A stretch of DNA of 64,000 nt, from positions 31,992,001 through 32,056,000 of the forward strand of contig NC_086101.1 of the NCBI RefSeq assembly GCF_963921235.1. The letters run 5' to 3'. Position numbers and translations under genes: made by a program. A model generated the notes under the pieces. That model did no database searches. It was given only the letters and a program-made list of their open reading frames with translations, and was not told where the DNA came from. Origin of the DNA: Mobula hypostoma (Eukaryota). Positions within the stretch are counted from its first letter, which is position 1. Each line of letters starts with the position of its first letter. Shown piece after piece: positions 12,106-26,400 of this stretch.

Positions 12106-15100
12106 ACTGCCCTCTCAAACACGTATACCGTATCGGACACTGCTGGGGGAAAAATCTCAAACACGTAAACCGTATCGGACACTGCTGGGGGAATAATCTC
12201 AAACACGTATACCGTATCAGACACTACTGGGGGAATAATCTCAAACACGTATACCGTATCGGACACTGCTGGGGAATAATCTCAAACACGTATACCGTAT
12301 CGGACACTGCTGTGGAATAATCTCAAACATGTATACCGTATCGGACACTACTGGGGGAATAATCTCAAACACGTATACCGTATCGGACACTGCTGGGGGA
12401 ATAATCTCAAACACTCTTACCGTATCGGACACTGCTGGGGGAATAATCTCAAACACGTATACCGTATCGGACACTGCTGGGGGAATAATCTCAAACACGT
12501 ATACCATATCGGACACTGCTGGGGGAATAATCTCAAACACGTATACCGTATCGGACACTGCTGGGGGAATAATCTCAAACACGTATACCATATCGGACAC
12601 TGCTGGGGGAATAATCTCAAACACGTATACCGTATCGGACACTGCTGGGGGAATAATCTCAAACACGTATACCGTATCGGACACTGCTGTGGAATAATCT
12701 CAAACACGTATACCGTATCGGACACTGCTGGGGGAATAATCTCAAACACGTATACCGTATCGGACACTGCTGGGGGAATAATCTCAAACACGTATACCGT
12801 ATCGGACACTGCTGTGGAATAATCTCAAACACGTATACCGTATCGGACACTGCTGGGGGAATAATCTCAAACACGTATACCGTATCGGACACTGCTGGGG
12901 GAATAATCTCAAACACGTATACCGTATCGGACACTACTGGGGGAATAATCTCAAACACGTATACCGTATCGGACACTACTGGGGGAATAATCTCAAACAC
13001 GTATACCGTATCGGACACTGCTGGGGAATAATCTCAAACACGTATACCGTATCGGACACTGCTGGGGGAATAATCTCAAACACGTATACCATATCGGACA
13101 CTGCTGGGGAATAATCTCAAACACGTATACCATATCGGACACTGCTGGGGGAATAATCTCAAACACGTATACTGTATCCGACACTGCTGGGGGAATAATC
13201 TCAAACACGTATACCGTATCGGACACTGCTGGGGGAATAATCTCAAACACGTATACCGTATCGGACACTGCTGGGGGAATAATCTCAAACACGTATACCG
13301 TATCGGACACTGCTGGGGAATAATCTCAAACACGTATACCGTATCGGACACTGCTGGGGAATAATCTCAAACACGTATACCGTATCGGACACTGCTGGGG
13401 GAATAATCTCAAACACGTATACCGTATCGGACACTGCTGGGGGAATAATCTCAAACACGTATACCGTATCGGACACTGCTGGGGGAATAATCTCAAACAC
13501 GTATACCGTATCGGACACTGCTGGGGGAATAATCTCAAACACGTATACCGTATCGGACACTGCTGGGGAATAATCTCAAACACGTATACCGTATCGGACA
13601 CTACTGGGGGAATAATCTCAAACACGTATACCGTATCGGACACTACTGGGGGAATAATCTCAAACACGGATACCGTATCGGACACTGCTGGGGAATAATC
13701 TCAAACACGTATACCGTATCGGACACTGCTGGGGAATAATCTCAAACACGTATACCGTATCGGACACTGCTGGGGAATAATCTCAAACACGTATACCGTA
13801 TCGGACACTGCTGGGGAATAATCTCAAACACGTATACCGTATCGGACACTACTGGGGGAATAATCTCAAACACGTATACCGTATCGGACACTGCTGGGGA
13901 ATAATCTCAAACACGTATACCGTATCGGACACTGCTGTGGAATAATCTCAAACACGTATACCGTATCGGACACTACTGGGGGAATAATCTCAAACACGTA
14001 TACCGTATCGGACACTGCTGGGGGAATAATCTCAAACACGTATACCGTATCGGACACTGCTGGGGAATAATCTCAAACACGTATACCGTATCGGACACTG
14101 CTGTGGAATAATCTCAAACACGTATACCGTATCGGACACTGCTGGGGGAATAATCTCAAACACGTATACCATATCAGACACTGCTGGGAGAATAATCTCA
14201 AACACGTATACCGTATCGGACACTACTGGGGGAATAATCTCAAACACGTATACCGTATCGGACACTGCTGTGGAATAATCTCAAACACGTATACCGTATC
14301 GGACACTACTGGGGGAATAATCTCAAACACGTATACCGTATCGGACACTACTGGGGGAATAATCTCAAACACGTATACCGTATCGGACACTGCTGGGGGA
14401 ATAATCTCAAACACGTATACCGTATCGGACACTGCTGGGGGAATAATCTCAAACACGTATACCGTATCGGACACTGCTGGGGAATAATCTCAAACACGTA
14501 TACCGTATCGGACACTGCTGGGGGAATAATCTCAAACACGTATACCGTATCGGACACTGCTGGGGGAATAATCTCAAACACGTATACCGTATCGGACACT
14601 ACTGGGGGAATAATCTCAAACACGTATACCGTATCGGACACTGCTGGGGGAATAATCTCAAACACGTATACCGTATCGGACACTGCTGGGGAATAATCTC
14701 AAACACGTATACCGTATCGGACACTGCTGGGGGAATAATCTCAAACACGTATACCGTATCGGACACTACTGGGGGAATAATCTCAAACACGTATACCGTA
14801 TCGGACACTACTGGGGGAATAATCTCAAACACGTATACCGTATCGGACACTGCTGGGGGAATAATCTCAAACACGTATACCGTATCGGACACTGCTGTGG
14901 AATAATCTCAAACACGTATACCGTATCGGACACTGCTGTGGAATAATCTCAAACACGTATACCGTATCGGACACTACTGGGGGAATAATCTCAAACACGT
15001 ATACCGTATCGGACACTGCTGGGGGAATAATCTCAAACACGTATACCGTATCGGACACTGCTGTGGAATAATCTCAAACACGTATACCGTATCGGACACT

Positions 15101-18100
15101 GCTGGGGGAATAATCTCAAACACGTATACCGTATCGGACACTACTGGGGGAATAATCTCAAACACGTATACCGTATCGGACACTGCTGGGGGAATAATCT
15201 CAAACACGTATACCGTATCGGACACTGCTGGGGGAATAATCTCAAACACGTATACCGTATCGGACACTGCTGGGGAATAATCTCAAACACGTATACCGTA
15301 TCGGACACTACTGGGGGAATAATCTCAAACACGTATACCGTATCGGACACTGCTGTGGGAATAATCTCAAACACGTATACCGTATCGGACACTACTGGGG
15401 GAATAATCTCAAACACGTATACCGTATCGGACACTGCTGTGGGAATAATCTCAAACACGTATACCGTATCGGACACTGCTGGGGGAATAATCTCAAACAC
15501 GTATACCGTATCGGACACTGCTGGGGGAATAATCTCAAACACGTATACCGTATCGGACACTGCTGGGGAATAATCTCAAACACGTATACCGTATCGGACA
15601 CTGCTGGGGAATAATCTCAAACACGTATACCGTATCGGACACTACTGGGGGAATAATCTCAAACACGTATACCGTATCGGACACTGCTGGGGGAATAATC
15701 TCAAACACGTATACCGTATCGGACACTGCTGGGGAATAATCTCAAACACGTATACCGTATCGGACACTACTGGGGGAATAATCTCAAACACGTATACCGT
15801 ATCGGACACTACTGGGGGAATAATCTCAAACACGTATACCGTATCGGACACTGCTGGGGAATAATCTCAAACACGTATACCGTATCGGACACTGCTGTGG
15901 AATAATCTCAAACACGTATACCGTATCGGACACTGCTGGGGGAATAATCTCAAACACGTATACCATATCGGACACTGCTGGGGGAATAATCTCAAACACG
16001 TATACCATATCGGACACTGCTGTGGAATAATCTCAAACACGTATACCGTATCGGACACTACTGGGGGAATAATCTCAAACACGTATACCGTATCGGACAC
16101 TGCTGGGGAATAATCTCAAACACGTATACCGTATCGGACACTACTGGGGGAATAATCTCAAACACGTATACCGTATCGGACACTACTGGGGGAATAATCT
16201 CAAACACGTATACCGTATCGGACACTGCTGTGGAATAATCTCAAACACGTATACCGTATCGGACACTACTGGGGGAATAATCTCAAACACGTATACCGTA
16301 TCGGACACTGCTGGGGAATAATCTCAAACACGTATACCGTATCGGACACTGCTGGGGGAATAATCTCAAACACGTATACCGTATCGGACACTGCTGTGGA
16401 ATAATCTCAAACACGTATACCGTATCGGACACTGCTGGGGGAATAATCTCAAACACGTATACCGTATCGGACACTGCTGGGGGAATAATCTCAAACACGT
16501 ATACCGTATCGGACACTGCTGGGGAATAATCTCAAACACGTATACCGTATCGGACACTGCTGTGGAATAATCTCAAACACGTATACCGTATCGGACACTA
16601 CTGGGGGAATAATCTCAAACACGTATACCGTATCGGACACTACTGGGGGAATAATCTCAAACACGGATACCGTATCGGACACTGCTGGGGAATAATCTCA
16701 AACACGTATACCGTATCGGACACTGCTGGGGGAATAATCTCAAACACGTATACCGTATCGGACACTGCTGGGGGAATAATCTCAAACACGTATACCGTAT
16801 CGGACACTGCTGTGGGAATAATCTCAAACACGTATACCGTATCGGACACTGCTGGGGGAATAATCTCAAACACGTATACCGTATCGGACACTACTGGGGG
16901 AATAATCTCAAACACGTATACCGTATCGGACACTGCTGGGGAATAATCTCAAACACGTATACCGTATCGGACACTGCTGGGGGAATAATCTCAAACACGT
17001 ATACCATATCGGACACTGCTGGGGGAATAATCTCAAACACGTATACCGTATCGGACACTGCTGGGGAATAATCTCAAACACGTATACCGTATCGGACACT
17101 GCTGGGGAATAATCTCAAACACGTATACCGTATCGGACACTGCTGTGGAATAATCTCAAACACGTATACCGTATCGGACACTACTGGGGGAATAATCTCA
17201 AACACGTATACCGTATCGGACACTGCTGGGGAATAATCTCAAACACGTATACCGTATCGGACACTGCTGTGGAATAATCTCAAACACGTATACCGTATCG
17301 GACACTGCTGGGGGAATAATCTCAAACACGTATACCATATCGGACACTGCTGGGGGAATAATCTCAAACACGTATACCGTATCGGACACTGCTGTGGAAT
17401 AATCTCAAACACGTATACCGTATCGGACACTACTGGGGGAATAATCTCAAACACGTATACCGTATCGGACACTACTGGGGGAATAATCTCAAACACGTAT
17501 ACCGTATCAGACACTGCTGTGGGAATAATCTCAAACACGTATACCGTATCGGACACTACTGGGGGAATAATCTCAAACACGTATACCGTATCGGACACTG
17601 CTGGGGAATAATCTCAAACACGTATACCGTATCGGACACTGCTGGGGAATAATCTCAAACACGTATACCGTATCGGACACTGCTGGGGAATAATCTCAAA
17701 CACGTATACCGTATCGGACACTGCTGGGGAATAATCTCAAACACGTATACCGTATCGGACACTGCTGTGGAATAATCTCAAACACGTATACCGTATCGGA
17801 CACTGCTGGGGGAATAATCTCAAACACGTATACCGTATCGGACACTGCTGGGGGAATAATCTCAAACACGTATACCGTATCGGACACTGCTGGGGAATAA
17901 TCTCAAACACGTATACCGTATCGGACACTGCTGGGGGAATAATCTCAAACACGTATACCGTATCGGACACTGCTGTGGAATAATCTCAAACACGTATACC
18001 GTATCGGACACTGCTGGGGGAATAATCTCAAACACGTATACCGTATCGGACACTGCTGGGGGAATAATCTCAAACACGTATACCGTATCGGACACTGCTG

Positions 18101-20744
18101 GGGAATAATCTCAAACACGTATACCGTATCGGACACTGCTGTGGAATAATCTCAAACACGTATACCGTATCGGACACTACTGGGGGAATAATCTCAAACA
18201 CGTATACCGTATCGGACACTACTGGGGGAATAATCTCAAACACGTATACCGTATCGGACACTGCTGGGGGAATAATCTCAAACACGTATACCGTATCGGA
18301 CACTGCTGTGGAATAATCTCAAACACGTATACCGTATCGGACACTGCTGTGGAATAATCTCAAACACGTATACCGTATCGGACACTGCTGTGGGAATAAT
18401 CTCAAACACGTATACCGTATCGGACACTGCTGTGGAATAATCTCAAACACGTATACCGTATCGGACACTACTGGGGGAATAATCTCAAACACGTATACCG
18501 TATCGGACACTGCTGGGGGAATAATCTCAAACACGTATACCGTATCGGACACTGCTGGGGGAATAATCTCAAACACGTATACCGTATCGGACACTGCTGG
18601 GGGAAAAATCTCAAACACGTATACCGTATCGGACACTGCTGTGGAATAATCTCAAACACGTATACCGTATCGGACACTACTGGGGGAATAATCTCAAACA
18701 CGTATACCGTATCGGACACTGCTGTGGAATAATCTCAAACACGTATACCGTATCGGACACTACTGGGGGAATAATCTCAAACACGTATACCGTATCGGAC
18801 ACTGCTGTGGGAATAATCTCAAACACGTATACCGTATCGGACACTGCTGGGGAATAATCTCAAACACGTATACCGTATCGGACACTGCTGGGGGAATAAT
18901 CTCAAACACGTATACCGTATCGGACACTGCTGGGGGAATAATCTCAAACACGTATACCGTATCGGACACTGCTGGGGAATAATCTCAAACACGTATACCG
19001 TATCGGACACTGCTGGGGAATAATCTCAAACACGTATACCGTATCGGACACTGCTGGGGAATAATCTCAAACACGTATACCGTATCGGACACTGCTGGGG
19101 AATAATCTCAAACACGTATACCGTATCGGACACTACTGGGGGAATAATCTCAAACACGTATACCGTATCGGACACTGCTGGGGAATAATCTCAAACACGT
19201 ATACCGTATCGGACACTGCTGGGGGAATAATCTCAAACACGTATACCGTATCGGACACTGCTGGGGGAATAATCTCAAACACGTATACCGTATCGGACAC
19301 TGCTGGGGAATAATCTCAAACACGTATACCGTATCGGACACTGCTGGGGAATAATCTCAAACACGTATACCGTATCGGACACTGCTGGGGAATAATCTCA
19401 AACACGTATACCGTATCGGACACTGCTGGGGGAATAATCTCAAACACGTATACCATATCGGACACTGCTGGGGAATAATCTCAAACACCTATACTGTATC
19501 CGACACTGCTGGGGGAATAACCTCAAACACGTATACCGTATCGGACACTGCTGGGGGAATAATCTCAAACACGTATACCGTATCGGACACTGCTGGGGAA
19601 TAATCTCAAACACGTATACCATATCGGACACTCTGGGGAATAATCTCAAACACGTATACCGTATCGGACACTGCTGGGGAATAATCTCAAACACGTATAC
19701 CATATCGGACACTGCTGTGGAATAATCTCAAACACGTATACCGTATCGGACACTGCTGGGGGAATAATCTCAAACACGTATACCGTATCGGACACTGCTG
19801 GGGGAATAATCTCAAACACGTATACCATATCGGACACTGCTGGGGGAATAATCTCAAACACCTATACTGTATCCGACACTGCTGGGGGAATAATCTCAAA
19901 CACGTATACCGTATCGGACACTGCTGGGGGAATAATCTCAAACACGTATACCGTATCGGACACTGCTGGGGAATAATCTCAAACACGTATACCATATCAG
20001 ACACTGCTGGGGAATAATCTCAAACACGTATACCGTATCGGACACTGCTGGGGGAATAATCTCAAACACGTATATCATATCAGACACCGCTGGGGAATAA
20101 TCTCAAACACGTATATCATATCAGACACTGCTGGGGAATAATCTCAAACACGTATACCGTATCGGACACTGCTGGGGAATAATCTCAAACACGTATACCG
20201 TATCGGACACTGCTGGGGAATAATCTCAAACACGTATACCGTATCGGACACTGCTGGGGGAATAATCTCAAACACGTATACTGTATCCGACACTGCTGGG
20301 GGAATAATCTCAAACACGTCTACCGTATCGGACACTGCTGGGGGAATAATCTCAAACACGTATACCGTATCGGACACTGCTGGGGAATAATCTCAAACAC
20401 GTATACCATATCGGACACTGCTGGGGAATAATCTCAAACACTCTTACTGTATCGGACACTGCTGGGGGAATAATCTCAAACATGTATACCATATCGGACA
20501 CTGCTGGGGGAATAATCTCAAACACGTATACCATATCAGACACTGCTGGGGAATAATCTCAAACACTCTTACCGTATCGGACACTGCTGGGGGAAAAATC
20601 TCAAACACGTATACCGTATCGGACACTGCTGGGGAATAATCTCAAACACATATACCATATCGGACACTGCTGGGGAATAATCTCAAACACGTATACCATA
20701 TCGGACACTGCTGGGGAATAATCTCAAACACGGATACCGTATCG
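12106..20744 (+). repeat. ~8.6-kb minisatellite, 41/42-bp unit CTCAAACACGTATACCGTATCGGACACTGCTGGG(G)GAATAAT
   Basis: About 200 contiguous units with no spacers. Variant units: CTACT, CTGTGG, CCATATC. Confidence 0.99.
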
Positions 20745-22373
20745 CAGTGGTCCCCAACCACTGGGCCGCGGACCAGTACAGGGCCGCAGAGCTACCGGGC
20801 CGCGAGGAAACGATACGAGTCAGCTGCACCTTTCCTCATTCCCTGTCACGCACTGTTGAACTTGAACATAGGGTTGCCAACTGTCCCGTATTTGTCGGGA
20901 CATCCTGTATATTGGGCTAAATTGGTTTCTCCTGTATTTCCCCTGCTAAAATAGAGCGTACCTATGAAACCTTTCGTGCCGAAATGGCGTGTAGCCAAGA
21001 AGCAATTACGATTAAGTTATATGGGAAAAGTTTTTGAGCGTTCCCAGACCCTAAAAATAACCTAACAAATCATACCAAATAACACATAAAACCGAAAATA
21101 AATAACACTAACATATAGTAAAAGCAGGAATGATATGATACATACTGTTACGTACCCCGTAACTGGGTTGCCAAACCAGCAGAAATGGATCACTAGAACT
21201 CAGAAAATTTTATTTAAGAAACAAGCAACACAGTACTCTAATAGTAAGGATACAAATGCAACAGGTTAGCAATGAATAAACACACATGTACACAGATCTA
21301 GGATAATAGGATCAATCAAGCTCTCTCGTCGTCTAGGGGTAAATGACCAGTTTCAAAGTGACGCAAAGTTCAGTTCAATTGGGTTCAGTTCAGTTCACAG
21401 TAATCACTGTTGTGCCATTGGACAAGGTGGGGGGGGGAAGAGAGCGAAGCAGAGGCGAATGAATATTCAAACGGCTTCCACACAGACCTTCCGATATGCC
21501 TCGCAGGCAGCTTTCGGGCGAGCCCTTTGTAATGTCTTCTGAGGTCACCGACTGTGACCCCTCCTTCAGATACAGTCGATCCTCTGCAGTAAACCTGGCA
21601 CCCAGGCAAGGGCGGACACACACCAGGTTCCCGCCGATCTGTACCTTTCCACCCTGTGTGTCTATGGCTTGGTTCCGCAACCAGCCTTCCAACAGACTCC
21701 CGCCGACTTGCGTGGGGGGGCACCGCTTCCAGGGTCTCGTTACCTCGGGTGTCGTGTGTGTCTGCCTTAGCGAACCTGTCCCTTTTTATCCCCCTGCTGG
21801 GATATTGCCTGTCCATCACACTTCAAACAGTTCAGGGTTCAAACGGAGCCGATCTTGACAAATACCCAGACTGATGTCTCCTTCATTAACATCTCCAAAT
21901 GCTGCTCCATTGTTTTCCTTATCTCTCTCTCTCCTGAAGACAGATGGCAGACCAACTGCTGATCACACTGGTGCCAGCACAGGACAGTTAATCTATGTGT
22001 ACTTTTGTAACCCTCCTTTGTCACAATACATAGCCTCTGTAAAGTAGAAATAATGTATGTACAGTGTAGTCAGGAAGATGAAGGCAAAACCAATTTGTGG
22101 GAGAAAAAAATTGGCACAGACGTGCACACAGGTGCCCGCGCAAGGCTTCATGTCATGGGAGTCTTTTCTCGGGCAAAGTCTCCCGGGATTTGACTGCTAC
22201 TTTAGTCCCTTATTTGGGAGTGAGAAAGTTGGCAACTCTAACTGTAAAAGACATGTTGAGGTGAGCTTAACCCTACTTGAACACCCCCCACCCCCCCACC
22301 CCAGTTGGCCGGTCCGCAAGAATATTGTCAATATTAATCCAGTCCGCAGTGCAAAAAAGGTTAGGGACCCCAG
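20745..22373 (+). mobile_element. Non-autonomous hAT (Buster/Charlie-like) element inserted in the 42-bp array
   Basis: Termini CAGTGGTCCCCAACC and TTAGGGACCCCAG. Flanks CCGTATCG / TCATATCA are consistent with a CpG-decayed 8-bp TSD. Confidence 0.8.
21146..22025. mobile_element. Solo LTR (Gypsy-like), 880 bp, nested in the hAT element
   Basis: TGTTAC...GTCACA ends; 4-bp TSD ATAC at 21142-21145 and 22026-22029. Confidence 0.8.
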
Positions 22374-22875
22374 TCATATCAGACACCGCTGGGGAAATAA
22401 TCTCAAACACGTATACCATATCGGACACTGCTGGGGAATAATCTCAAACACGTCTACCGTATCGGACACTGCTGGGGAATAATCTCAAACACGTACACCG
22501 TATCGGACACTGCTGGGGAATAATCTCAAACACGTATACCATATCAGACACTGCTGGGGAATAATCTCAAACACGTATACCATATCGGACACTGCTGGGG
22601 AATAATCTCAAACACGTATACCGTATCGGACACTGCTGGGGAATAATCTCAAACACGTATACCGTATCGGACACTGCTGGGGAATAATCTCAAACACGTA
22701 TACCATATCGGACACTGCTGGGGAATAATCTCAAACACGTATACCATATCGGACACTGCTGGGGAAATAATCTCAAACACGTATACCATATCGGACACTG
22801 CTGGGGAATAATCTCAAACACGTATACCGTATCGGACACTGCTGGGGAATAATCTCAAACACGTATACCATATTG
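22374..22875 (+). repeat. Continuation of the 41/42-bp minisatellite
   Basis: Same unit, with more CpG-to-TpG/CpA variants. Confidence 0.97.
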
Positions 22876-24122
22876 CAGCGGTCCCCAGCCACCGGGCCAC
22901 GGACCGGTACCGGGCTGCAGAGCATGTGCTGCTGGGCTGCGAGAAAACGATATGATTTGGCAAATTGAGTCAGCTGCATCTTTCCTCATTCCCTGTCACG
23001 CCCACTGTTGAACTTGAACACACGCGAGGTCATTATTGGCGCATCATCCATGTCAGCTTGGGAAGAAGATTAAATCATCGAGCTTGCAAATGACGGTGGG
23101 CTGAAAAGTATGTTTGACATAACATCTCTGCCGGCATTCTGGATCAAAGTCAAGGCTGAATATCCTGAGATAGCCACGAAAACTTGAAAACGTTGCTTCC
23201 ATTTCCAACATTTTTCTGCAAAGCGGAGTTTGCTGCTATGAATGCAACGAAAACTAAATTGCAGAATAGACTGGACATAAGGAACCCCCTTCGAGTATGG
23301 CTGTCTCCCATCACCCCTCAATAGGACCGTCTTGTTGCAGGGAAACAAGTATTCAGCCCAGGGCTCCCACTGATTCAGCGATATTGGTGTGTTGCAATGA
23401 TTTTACGTGTTCATACGGGGAAAATATGTGCTGTGTGTTTAATATCCAAACGTTACTTAAAATGTTATGATGCTATTGACCTATATAACCATATAACAAT
23501 TACAGCACGGAAACAGGCGATCTCGGCCCTTCTAGTCCGTGCCGAACACTACTCTCACCTAGTCCCACCGACCTGCACTCAGTCCATAACCCTCCATTCC
23601 TTTCCTGTGCATATATCTGTCCAAATTTTCTTTAAATGATAATATCGAACCTGCCTTTACCACTTCTACTGGAAGTTCGTTCAACACTTACTTCAAGCTC
23701 CCCTGACCTCCCCCAATAATTGACTTATCACTATATTCATGCGAGGAAAATATGCGCTGTGTGTTTAATATTAAATTCATTAGATAAACCCTTTTAGAAA
23801 CGAAATTGAGTGTCTATGCCACTTATCACCTGTATTCCAGTCGTGACTAACCCCCCTCACCCCGCCCCCCAACCGAACAGAATCGCCAAAAACGATTTGT
23901 AGAAAAACGGCAGGTACACACTTGCGGAGGTCACGCATGCATACTGTTGCCCACACAAGGCTTCATGGTCATTGCAGTCTTTCTATGGGTAAACACAACG
24001 TATTTGACTTCTACTCTTGTCCGCTGGCAACCCTACCCCACCACCCCGCCAGGTCGGCTGGTCCGCAAAAATACTGTCAATATTAAACCGGTCCATAGTG
24101 CAATAAAGGTTGGGGACCCCTG
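22876..24122 (+). mobile_element. hAT Buster/Charlie element with transposase C-terminal remnant
   Basis: TIRs CAGCGGTCCCC / GGGGACCCCTG; TSD CCATATTG / CCATATCG. 23080-23340 translates, with frameshifts, to SLPAFWIKVKAEYPEIATK..LLPFPT..KTKLQNRLDIRNPLRV, a hAT dimerization domain. Confidence 0.88.
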
Positions 24123-24195
24123 CCATATCGGACACGGCTGGGGGAATAATCTCAAACACGTATACCGTATTGGACACTGCTGGGGAATAATCTCC
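24123..24195 (+). repeat. Terminal units of the 42-bp minisatellite
   Basis: About 1.5 units follow the hAT right end. Confidence 0.9.
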
Positions 24196-24899
24196 AATAG
24201 GGAAACGGTAACAGCTGCCGAGATTGTGGTAGCACTGCTGGCTCTGACCCACAGCAGGAGAGGGAAAAGTCATGGTGAGTGTTGGTGGTGGAGGAATCGT
24301 TACAGAGGGGTAAAGACACGTGCTTCTCAAGCTGAGCCCAGGAAGGTGTGATGCCTCCCTGGTGCCAGGGTCAGGGAAGGGTCAGAGTGGTACAGAGGTT
24401 CTGAAGGGGGAGGTTGAAAAGTCAGAGGTCATGGTAGGTGTTGGTACTAAAGAAATAGGCAGAGAGGTGTGGTCCTGCAGAGAGTATTTATGGGGGTCTG
24501 GCAGAAGACAAAAAGCAGGATCTACAGTTGTAGTGAATTACTCTGTGCCAGTGAGGGTAGAAATCAGAATATGTGTGGCCGAGGAGTCAGAGAGTCACAC
24601 ATCTCAGAAACAGGCCCTTCAGCCCAACTAAAACTCCTATCCAAGTGTCCCATTCATCAGCGTTTTCCGTCTCCCTCGAAAGAAGATGATGCAAGTGAAC
24701 AACTCGACCAAGGGCGACATCCTCCAAATGGTTCGCAAAACTACTTCTTTCACATTGAATTTTTCCAATCCATGTATCTATCAAAGTGCCTTTTAAATGT
24801 TGTTAATGTACCTGCCTCAGGCACTTCACCTGGGACCACCTGCAGCAAAGATGAACCACCTACTGGGGGACGTTGCTGCCCTTTGGCATCTTCTCTTCA

Positions 24900-26400
24900 C
24901 TCCCACCTTAAACGTTTGCCCTCAGATTGTGATTACCCAACCCCAGGAAAGAGACTGTGGGCATTAACCCTCAAGATGTCACCATAATACACAGGAGCAG
25001 AACTCGGCCCAAGTCTGCTCTGCCATTTCATCACTCTTGTGAACCTCCTCTGAACCCTCTCCAATGTCAATACATCCTTTCTTAAACAAGGGGTGTAAAA
25101 CTGCTCACAGCACTCTAAATAAGGCCTCCCCTGTGATTTATAAAAGCTCAGCATTAGATTAGATTAGATTAGATTATGAGGACACTTAGTCCTCTTTTAT
25201 TGTCATTTAGTAATGCATGCATTAAGAAATGATACAATGTTTTTCCAGAATGATATCACAGAGACACATGACAAACCAAGACTGAAAAACTGACAAAAAC
25301 CCACATAATTATAACATATCGTTACAACAGTTCAAAGCAAAACCGTAATTTGATAAGAACAGACCGTGGGTACGGTAAAATCACAGAGTCTCTCGAAAGT
25401 GCCATCATCTCACGCAGACGGTAAACCTACAGCGCTACAAACTTGCCAATGCAGCATCCTGGAAGCATCCTTGCTGTTATGTTCTCGTCCTCTTGAAGTG
25501 AACGCTGACTTTGCAGTTGCCTTCCTCACCATTGACTCAACCTGCAAATTAACCTTTAGGGAATCCTGCACAAGGACTCCCAAGTCTCATTCCACCTCAG
25601 ATTTTTGAATTTTCTCTCCATTTAGAAAATAGTCAATGCTTTTATTCCTTCTACCAAAGTGTATGACCATACACTTCCCGACTCTGTATTCCATCTGTCA
25701 CTTCTTTGTCCATTCTCCTTATCTAAGTCCTTCTGCAGCCTCCCTTCTTCCTCAACATGACCGGCCCCTCCACCTATCTTCCTATCATCTGCAAACTTGA
25801 CCACAAAGCCATTAATTTCACTGACATGCAACATAACAAGAAGTGGTCCAAACACCAACTCCTACAGAACAACACTAGTCACCGGTAGCCAATAAGGAAA
25901 GGCTCCCTTTATTCCCACTCCTAGCCTCCTGCCGATCAGCCAATCCTCAATCCATGCGATATCTTGCCTGTAATACCATGGGCTCTTGTTAAACAGCCTC
26001 ATGTGAGGCACCTTATCAAAGGTCTTCTGAAAATCCATGTACACAGCATCCACCAATTATCCATCCTGTTCGTCACACACTTTGACAAGATCACCCCTCA
26101 TTCTCCTAATCTCCAATGACAAAACTCCCAAACCGCTCAGCCACTCTCCATAACAGTCCTTCCAGCCCAAGGAACACACTGATAACTCACTTTTGGTGCA
26201 TTACAACTTAGAACATAGAACATAGAACAGTACAGCATAGTACAGGCCCTTCGGCCCACAATGTTGTGCCGGCCCTCAAACCCTGCCTCCCATATAACCC
26301 CTCACCTTAAATTCCTCCATATACCTGTCTAGTAGTCTCTTAAATTTCACTGGAGTATCTGCCTCCAACAATGACTCAGGCAGTGCATTCAAACTGATGG
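24900..26400 (-). mobile_element. Patchwork of CR1 RT and 3' fragments
   Basis: Minus ORFs 24933..25154, 25622..25858 (KFADDRKIGG) and 25862..26056 (VYMDFQKTFDKVPH). Confidence 0.85.

Noticed and set aside
12106-24195. CRISPR-like array; dozens of SDTVYVFEIIPP / QQCPIRYTCLRLF ORFs
   Set aside because: Units are contiguous with no unique spacers, there are no cas genes, and the context is eukaryotic. The ORFs are reading frames of the repeat.
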